This document shows, piece after piece, positions 48,430 to 57,400 of a stretch of DNA of 64,000 nucleotides (position 1 is the stretch's first letter; every line of letters begins with the position of its first letter). The position numbers and the translations under genes are program-made. The notes under the pieces were generated by a model. It was not told where the DNA came from and made no database searches. It saw nothing but the letters and a program-made list of their open reading frames with translations. The DNA lies in the NCBI GenBank assembly GCA_965250285.1, contig OZ252299.1, forward strand, positions 1,696,001 through 1,760,000, read 5' to 3'. This DNA is from Myxococcota bacterium. GTDB taxonomy: Bacteria > Myxococcota_A > UBA9160 > UBA4427.

Positions 48430-51400
48430 CTACGGCGCGAGCGGCTCGACCAGGACGTCGTCGTAGCGACCGCCCGCGTTGGCCCAGGTCGAGAGGCCGA
48501 TCGTGCCGCCGGCGAGATCCGGGTCGACCACCGAGAACACCACGCCGCCGTCGATCGAGACCTCGATCGAGGGACCGTCCACGACGACCTCGAGCAGATA
48601 CATCTGCCCGATCGTGTACGTCGTGTTCACCTCGCCCAGGAGCGAGAAGCTGCCCCCGACATTCTTCACGAGGCGCTGGTAGTTCATCTGGGTGTTCCAC
48701 GAGAACCGGTAGTAGTCGTCGAGGCCCTGCACCCGGAACATCAGTCCGATCTCGTCGTTGTCGTCCGACCCGATCAGCATGCTGACCTTGTAGTCGTCCC
48801 AGGTGGTGCCGCCATCGAAGATCGCGTAGCTGCCGATCTTCGTGATGCTCTGCACCGTGGTCGGGTTGGACAAGATGTTGGTGTTCTGCATGAGGACGCC
48901 GCCGACCACCTGCCAATCGGAAGGTGCTTCGCGGTCCCCCGGGTCCGAGACGGTCCAGCCGGCGAGGTCTCCGTCTTCGAAGTCGTCGCTCAGCAGGTAC
49001 GGCGGCGCCGGAGCGACGTCGACATCGAAGCTCTGCGCCACGGTGCCGAAGGCGTTGGCCGCCTCGATCTCGACCGCGTGCACTCCCTCCTGCCCCGCGA
49101 CCGGCGTCCACGTCACCGCACCACCCGGCGCGACCGCGAAGCCAAGCGGGCCACTCACCAGCGAGAACGTGATCGGGCCCGGCCCGCTCGCCTCGGCGAC
49201 GCCGTCGGCATCGTAGGCATACGCGGCCCCGACCGTCGCCGTGGTCGCCGCGGTCGACGTGAAGACCGGCGGCGCGGGCGGCGGTGCGGCTGCGACCTCG
49301 ACCGTGAAGCTCTGGGTGTCGGAGCCGACGGCGTTGTCGGCCCGCACGACCACCGCCTGGGGGCCGATCTGCCCGGCCGTCGGGGTCCAGCTGACGACGC
49401 CGGCCGAGCTCACGGTCATTCCCGACGGACCACTGTCGAGCGCGAACGTGAACGGACCGGTGCCGGCGGCTTCGATGATCCCGTCGGCATCGTATGCATA
49501 GGGCTGGTCCTCTTCGCCCGCGAGAGACGGGACCGAGGTGATCAGCGGCGCTTGCGGCGCCAGCGGCTCGACGAGCACATCGTCGAAGAGTGCGCCCGCA
49601 TTCGCCCAGCTCGACAGGCCGATCGTGCCCCCCGTGAGGTCGGGGTCGACCACCGAGAAGACGGGCACGCCGTCGATCGAGACCTCGATCGAAGGCCCGT
49701 CGAGCACGACCTCGAGCAGATACATCTGACCGGTCGTGTAGGTCGTGCTGATTTCGCCGAGGAGCGTGAAGTTGCCGCCCACGTTCTTGACGAGGCGCTG
49801 GTATCCCATCTGGGTGTTCCACGAGAAGCGGTAGTAGTCGTCGAGGCCCTGCATGCGGAACATCACGCCGATCTCGTCGTTGTCGTCCGAGCCGATCAGC
49901 ACGCTCACCCGGTAGTCGTCCCAGGTGGTGCCGCCGTCGTAGATCGCGTAGGTGCCGATCTTCGTGATGCTCTCGACCGTCGTCGGGTTCGACAGGATGT
50001 TGGTGCCCTGGTTCAGCACCCCACCCACGACCTGCCAATCCGAAGGTGCTTCGCGATCGCCCGGATCCTCGATCGTCCAGCCGGCGTGATCGCCGTCTTC
50101 GAAGTCATCACTCAGCAGGTACGGCGGCGCGGGCGCGACGTCGACGTCGAAGCTCTGCGTCACGGTGCCGAAGGTATTCGACGCCTCGATCTCGACCGAC
50201 TGCACGCCTTCCTGGCCCGCGGTCGGCGTCCAGCTGACCGTGCCGTTCGGGGCGACTGCGAAGCCGGCCGGTCCGCTCACCAGCGCAAAAGTGATCGGCC
50301 CGGGGCCGCTCGCCTCGGCCTGATCGTTCGCGTCGTACGCGTAGGGCGCATCCACGGTTGCGTCGGTCGCAGCGGTCGAGGTGAAGACCGGCGGCGACGG
50401 CGGCGGCGCGGCCGCCACGTCGATCGTGAAGCTCTGGGTGTCGAAGCCGACGGCGTTGTCGGCGCGCACCTCGACCGGCTGCAGGCCGGTCTGGCCCGCC
50501 GTGGGCGTCCAGGCGACCTGCCCCGTCGGCGAGACCGTCATGCCCGAGGGCCCGCTGACGAGCGAGAACGTGAAGGGCCCGGTCCCGGCCGCCTCGACCG
50601 TCGAGTCGGCGTCGTAGGCATAGGCCTGGCCTTCTTCGCCCACCAGTGACGGCGTCGAGGTGATGAGCGGCGGCTGCGGGGCCAACGGCTCCACCAAGAC
50701 CTCGTCATAGAGGCCGCCGGCGTTCGCCCAGCTCGACAGCGCGATCGTGCCGCTCGTCAGATCGGGATCGACCACCGAGAAGACCGGAACGCCATCGATC
50801 GAAACGTCGATCGACGCCCCATCGAGCACGACCTCGAGCAGGTACAGCTGCCCGATCGTGTAGGTGGTGTTCGTCTCGCCGAGGAGCGTGAAGTTGCCCC
50901 CCACGTTCTTGACGAGGCGCTGGTAGCCCATCTGGGTGTTCCACGAGAACCGGTAGTAGTCGTCGAGACCCTGCATGCGGAAGATCAGGCCGACTTCGTC
51001 GTCGTCGTCCGACCCGATCAGCATGCTGACCTTGTAGTCGTCCCATGCTGTCCCGCCGTCGTAGATCGCGTAGGTGCCGATCTTGCTCAGGGCTTCGACG
51101 GTGGTCGGGTTCGACAGGATGTTGGTGCCCTGGGTCAGCACGCCACCGACGACCTGCCAATCGGACGGCGCCTCGCGGTCACCCGGGTCGGCGATCGTCC
51201 AGCCCGCCAGATCGCCCGTCTCGAAATCGGCGCTCAGCATGTACGGCGGGGCCGCCGCGACGTCGACGTCGAAGCTCTGCGTCACCGAGCCGAAGCTGTT
51301 GGCGGCTTCGATCTCGACGGACTGCACGCCCTCCTGGTCGGCGGCGGGGGTCCACGTCACGGTGCCGTCGGGATCGACCACGAAGCCGGTAGGGCCGCTC

Positions 51401-54400
51401 ACCAGCGAGAAGGTGATCGGGCCGGGGCCACTCGCCTCGGCCTGGCCGTCGGCGTCGTAGGCGTACGCCGCCCCCACCGTGGCGTTCGTCGACGCCGCCG
51501 ACGTGAAGACGGGAGGCGCCGGCGGCGGCGCGGCCGCCACGTCGATCATGAAGCTCTGGGTGTCGAAGCCGACGGCGTTGTCGGCCCGGACCTCGACGGG
51601 CTGCAGGCCGGTCTGGCCCGCCGTGGGCGTCCAGGCCACCTGGCCCGTCGGCGACACGGTCATGCCCGAGGGACCGCTGACCAGCGAGAACGTGAAGGGC
51701 CCGGTGCCGGCCGCCTCAAGGGTCGAATCGGCGTCGTAGGCATAGGCCTGGTCTTCTTCGCCCACGAGCGACGGCGTCGAGGTGATGAGCGGCGGCTGCG
51801 GGGCCAACGGTTCGACGAGCACGTCGTCGAAGCGCGCGCCGGCGTTCGCCCAACTCGACAGCGCGATGGTGCCTGCGGTCAGGTCGGGATCGACCACCGA
51901 GAACACCGGAGCGCCATCGATCGAGACCTCGATCGAGGCGCCATCGAGCACGACCTCGAGCAGGTACATCTGGCCGATGGTGTACGTCGTGTTGATCTCA
52001 CCGAGCAGGGTGAAGTTGCCGGCGACGTTCTTCACCAGGCGCTGGTAGCCCATCTGGGTGTTCCACGAGAACCGGTAGTAGTCGTCGAGGCCCTGCATGC
52101 GGAAGATCAGGCCGACCTCGTCGTCATCGTCCGACCCGATGAGCACGCTCACCCTGTAGTCGTCCCAGGCGGCGCCGCCGTCGTGGATCGCGTAGGTGCC
52201 GATCTTGCTGAGCGCCTCGACCGTGGTCGGATTCGACAGGATGTTGGTGCCCTGCGTCAGGACGCCGCCGACAACCTGCCAATCGGACGGTGCCTCACGG
52301 TCGCCCGGATCCTCGATGATCCAGCCAGCCAAGTCGCCGTCTGCGAAGTCGTCGCTCAGCAGGTACGGCGGCCGCTCGGCGACGTCGATGCCGAAGCTCT
52401 GGGTCGCCGCGCCGAAGGCATTCAGGGCCTCGATCTCGACCGACTGCAGCCCTTCCTGTCCATCGCCCGGCGTCCAGCTCACGGCGCCATCGGGATCGAC
52501 CGTGAGGCCGGCGGGGCCGCTCACCAGAGAGAACGTGATCGGGCCCGGACCCGAAGCCGCAGCCTGACCGTCGCCGTCATAGACGTACGGAGCGCCCACC
52601 GTGGCGCTCGTCGACGGCGTCGACGTGAAGACCGGGGGCGCCGGCGGCGGCGCCGCCGCGACTTCGATCGTGAAGCTCTGGGTGTCGGAGCCGACGAGAT
52701 TGTCGGCGCGCAGTACGACCGGCTGCGAGCCGACCTGCCCCGCCGTCGGCGTCCAGGTCACCCCGCCGACCGAGCTCACCGTCATTCCGGCCGGACCACT
52801 CTCGAGCGAGAACGTGATCGGACCGGTACCCGAGGCCTCGAGGGTGGCGTCGGCGTCGTATGCGTAGGCCTGATCCTCTTCGGCTGCGAGCGACGGCGTC
52901 GACGTGATCGTCGGCGGCTCGTCGGCGAGCGGCTCGACGGCGATGGCCGAGAACTGGGCGCCTTCGTTGGCCCAGCTCGACAAGCCGATCGTACCGCCCG
53001 TGATGTCGGGGTCGGTCACGGAGAACACCGTCAGCCCATCGACCGAGATCTCGATCGAGGGTCCCTCGACCACGACCTCGAGGACGTAGGTCTGCCCCGG
53101 CGTGTACGCGGTGTTGACCTCGCCGAGCAGGGTGAAGCTGCCCCCGACGTTCTTGACGAGACGCTGGTAGTTCATCTGCGCGTTCCACGAGAAGCGGTAG
53201 TAGTCGTCCAGCCCCTGCACGCGGAACATGAAGCCGATGTCGTCGTTGTCGAGCGAGCCGATCTCGAGACGCACGCGGTAGTCGGTCCAGCCGTAGCCCC
53301 CGTCATAGATCGCGTAGGTGCCGATCTTCGTGAGGCTCTCGACCGTCGTCGGGTTCGACAGGATGTTCGTGTTCTGGGTCATCACGCCGCCGACGACCTG
53401 CCAATCCGAAGGCGCGTCCCGATCGCCGGGATCCGAAATCGTCCAGCCGTCGTAGTCGCCGTCATCGAAGCTCTCGACGAGGAGTGCACTCGACGGGGCC
53501 GACGACTCGGCATCGTCGATCTGCTCGAGGTAGCTCGCGAGCAGCGCGAGGTCGCCGGCCGAGAGGGCCACGCCCGTATGGGCCGCCACGGCATCGGCGA
53601 TCGTCGCCGCCGACCCGTCGTGCAGGTACGGCGCGGTCGCCCAGAGGCCGCGGAGCGTCGGCGTGTCGAGGGCCGTCTGCGGACCGCTGATCGCCTTGAG
53701 GGTGCCGACGTCGTGCATGCGGAGCAGCACACTGTCGGTGAAGGCACTGCCGAGATGGCAATCGCCACACTGCTCGCTCTGGAAGAGGAGTCGCCCGGCG
53801 GCGCCGTCCGCAGTGAGCGCACCCGTCGCCGAGCGCGCGGGGGACGAACCGACCGACGCCAGGGAGCCGACATAGGCGGCGAGGTCGTCGAGGTCGATGC
53901 TGAGTCCCGCCTTCGGCGTGCCGAGCGGATCGCTCGTCGCCGCAAAGTCGGGATCGTTCATGAGACCCAGGCCCTCGAAGTGCCGAATCTGGTTTTCGAA
54001 GTCCTGGACCTCGTCGAAGTTCGCCGTCCAGTGCACCGGCCCGTGGCCCTGGCCGCGGCCCTCGAGCGAGATCGTGTTGCGGAAGCCCTCGCCGAGGTCG
54101 GAGAAGTCCCACACGCGGCCGTCGTGGCCGCCGTCGCGGTGGCACGAGGCGCAGGCGATGTAGCCGGCGAGCGCCAGTCGGGGGTCGCGCGAGTCGTAGA
54201 AGAGCTGCTTGCCGTTCAGGATCTCGATCGACAGCGTGTCGACGTCGACCTTCAGGATCGTGGCGAGCACGGGCAGCGCCGGATCGTCGAAGTCGAGGAG
54301 ATTCGTCAGGTCGAGCACCGTCACGGTGCGATCCATGAAGTTGTCGACGTACAGGGTCAGGCCATCGGGCGACAGCGCGAGACCATGCGGTGCGCGACCG

Positions 54401-57400
54401 ACGTCGACGCGGCCGAGCTCGATCTGCGAGAAGGGCTCGAGCACGCTGACGGCGCGCGTCCCCTCGAGCGACGTGAAGGCATACGCGCCGAGCCGGCTGT
54501 AGATCGTCGAATGCGCGATGCTCTCGTCATCGTGATCGCGACGCGCCAGGATGTCTTCCTGTCCAGTCGTGAGATCGATGCGCGACGTGATGGCGCGCAC
54601 CATCGAGTCATGGGTCAGCGCGACGCCTTCGCGGAACTGGCCGCGGTAGACGTTGTCCTGCTTCGAAGGCACGAGCATCTCGGTGCCGTCGGGCGAGACG
54701 ATCGGCGCGCCGACGTAGTTCGGCACACCCCGGCCGCTGTGCTCGGTATCGGGGATCGTGCTCACACCGAGCGTGATCGAAGGCCCGATCGCGAGCGTCG
54801 CCGCATCCAGCGACAGAACGGAAGCCCCCTCGCTCGGTGCGGCCGAAGGCACGCCCGTCGACTCGCCCGTGAGCAGCGGCGTGATGTGGTAGGTGGCGTG
54901 CACGGTCGCGCCGTCGCTCGTCACGCCCAGGTGCCGGACGTGCGGTCCGACGCTTTGGGCCCCGAGCTCGGCCCCCGTCGCGCCGTCGAGCCGGCGCACC
55001 TCGCCGAGATCGCCGAGCGAGACGAATGCGTTGGCGCCGGATGGATCGAACACGATCGCGTACAGGCCTGCACCGGCACCGAGCTCGATGCGACTCGCCG
55101 GCTCGACGGCCAGCGCGACCGGATCGATGACGTCGATGACGTCGTCGCCGCGGCAGGCCACCCAGACGTCACCGTTCGCGGCCACGTCGAGCGTGACGGG
55201 CTCGTCACATACCGGGATCTCGAGGAGCTTGAGGCCGAGCGGCGCGTCGATGACGCTCACCGAGTCGTTGTCGGGGTTCACGACCCACACGCGGTCGGTC
55301 GCTTCGTCGTAGACGATCGAGCTGCTCGCGGTCGGGGCCGCAGCCGTCGGCGTCCCGGCGATGTTCTGCACGAACTGCATCGAGGTCTGAGCCAGCGTCG
55401 TCGGATCGATGGCGGTGACGGTGACGGTATGTCGACCGGGGCCCGCAAAGACGTGGGTCACATCGGGCGTCGCCAGCGGTCCGACGGTCGGGGTTCCGTC
55501 GCCGAAGTTCCACGTGTACTCGAACGTGCCGGACAGATTGACGCTCGCGGTGAACGAGACGCTCGTCCCATCGAGCTCGGGCGGCGAGGCAAACGGAATC
55601 AGCTGGAACGCATCTTCCACCGTCCAGAGGAAGTCGACCGAGTCTGACTCGACCGACTCGTCGGTGACCGTCACAGTCACGGCAAAGACGCCCGCCGTCG
55701 TGATCGATCCGTAGATCTCGCCGGTATTGGAATCGATCGACAGCCCAGGCGGCAGACCGATTGCCGAGAAGTCGAGATCGTCACCCTCGGCGTCACCCGC
55801 TTGAATGAACATCGAGACGCTCGTCGCCACGGCACCGACCTGATCGCCGGGGTCGAGTACGGTGGGCGGTGTGTTGTAGAAGGCCTGAAGCCCGAGGGCG
55901 GCGTTCGAGGGATCGATCGCGAGCCAGCCGACTTCCTCGTCGGCGTGGGCCACCTCGCTGTCCTGGGACTGCTCTTCCTCGACGATGACGTCGAAGCCGG
56001 CCGTCGTCACGGCTTCGACCCGAAGCGCGGCGACGTCGGCTCCGTTGCGCGTTTGCATGCCGGCGAGCAGAACGGGGAGACCCGACAGCCCTTCGCTGAA
56101 CGCCACCGTCTCGGGGACCTCGTCGACCACGGTGCCCGTGGAAGCCGCCTCGGCCAGACCGGAGATCTGGGTGGGCTCGACCGCGATCCAGTGCACGTTC
56201 TCGTCCGGGAACGTCTGCCCGAGGTTCTCCTCCTTCTGGATGCGGACCGTGAAGCCCGCGTCGGAGACGCCCTCGATCCGCGGGACCGCCGCGATGCCGC
56301 TCGAGTTGTCCACGATCTGAGCGAGGACGAGCGGCGTCGTGTCGAACAGCCCCGGCGCGAAGGGCTCGGTCCAGGGGTTGTCGTGATCGATGCCGGTCGA
56401 AACCCCCGCGACCAACGTCGAGCCATCGGGGAGCACGTACTCCCCCGCCTCGACCACGAGGTACGAGATCGTCTCGAGGCCGTGGGCCCCGTCGAGATAG
56501 TCCCACTCGTCGATCTGGAACTCGAAGCCGGTCGGAGTCACGTTGCCGACGCGGACCGTGGTCGGCGCGGGATCATTCCGGCTCGGCGGCCCCATGACGA
56601 CGACCGGGTTCTGGATCACGCGTGACAGTGTGACGCTGTGCCATTCGTCCCCGTCTACCTGGTCGACCGTCAGTGTGCCGAACTCGCTGCGCGCAGTGGA
56701 GACGATCCACGAGAACTCGATGTTCGACGCCTCTGTCCCGTCGAAGGCGCTGATCGTGACGTCGTAGACGCCGGGCGTCGTGGGCTGGCCCGTGATCTGG
56801 CCCGACTGCGGGTCGAGCGAAAGCCCGGGCGGCAGGTTGGTCTGGGCGAAGACGATCGGGTTGCCGTCGGGATCCTCCGCCTGGATCTGCACGAAGACGG
56901 TGGCGCCGACGTCGTGCCCCAGCCGCTCGATGGGCTTGCCTCGCGGCAGGCCGTCGTTCGTCACCTGGATCACTTCGGCGACCGACGGCACCTCGCCGTC
57001 CATCGCGAACAGCATCCAGTAGCCGGGCACGAGGACGTTCTCGTTCGTGTGAAGCGTCAGCTCGTACGTGCCCGGGCTGACCTCGTTCATGGTCGGCCGC
57101 AGGAATCGCTGATCGGTGTTCATGGTATGTGTCGTCGACGACATGCGGACCATGCTGAATGCGCTGAGCCCCGGCGTCGCGCTCACCTGGAACGTGCGAG
57201 CGAGGCGCACGACGCCCGGCGCACTGTCGATGACCGGTCGCGGCGCGAGCTCGCCGTCTGCCTGGTACAGGTACGGCGGATAGAAGACCTCGGCATTCCA
57301 ATGGTCGGATCCACATTCACCCGGCGGCGCCGTTCCGGGCGCCGGGCAGGGACGGTTGCTGAGGCCGCCACCGGCAGAGATCACCGAGCCGTCGAGCAGC

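Noticed and set aside
48430..53484. Near-identical repeats as template/variable regions of a diversity-generating retroelement
   Set aside because: There is no reverse transcriptase in the window. The differences look mostly synonymous rather than adenine-specific, and all copies are in-frame domains.
52183..55647. 1154-aa + strand ORF and other long antisense ORFs (e.g. 45357-47603, 6484-8082, 11959-13554)
   Set aside because: These are shadow ORFs opposite well-supported genes, expected at this GC content, and they have no recognisable motifs.
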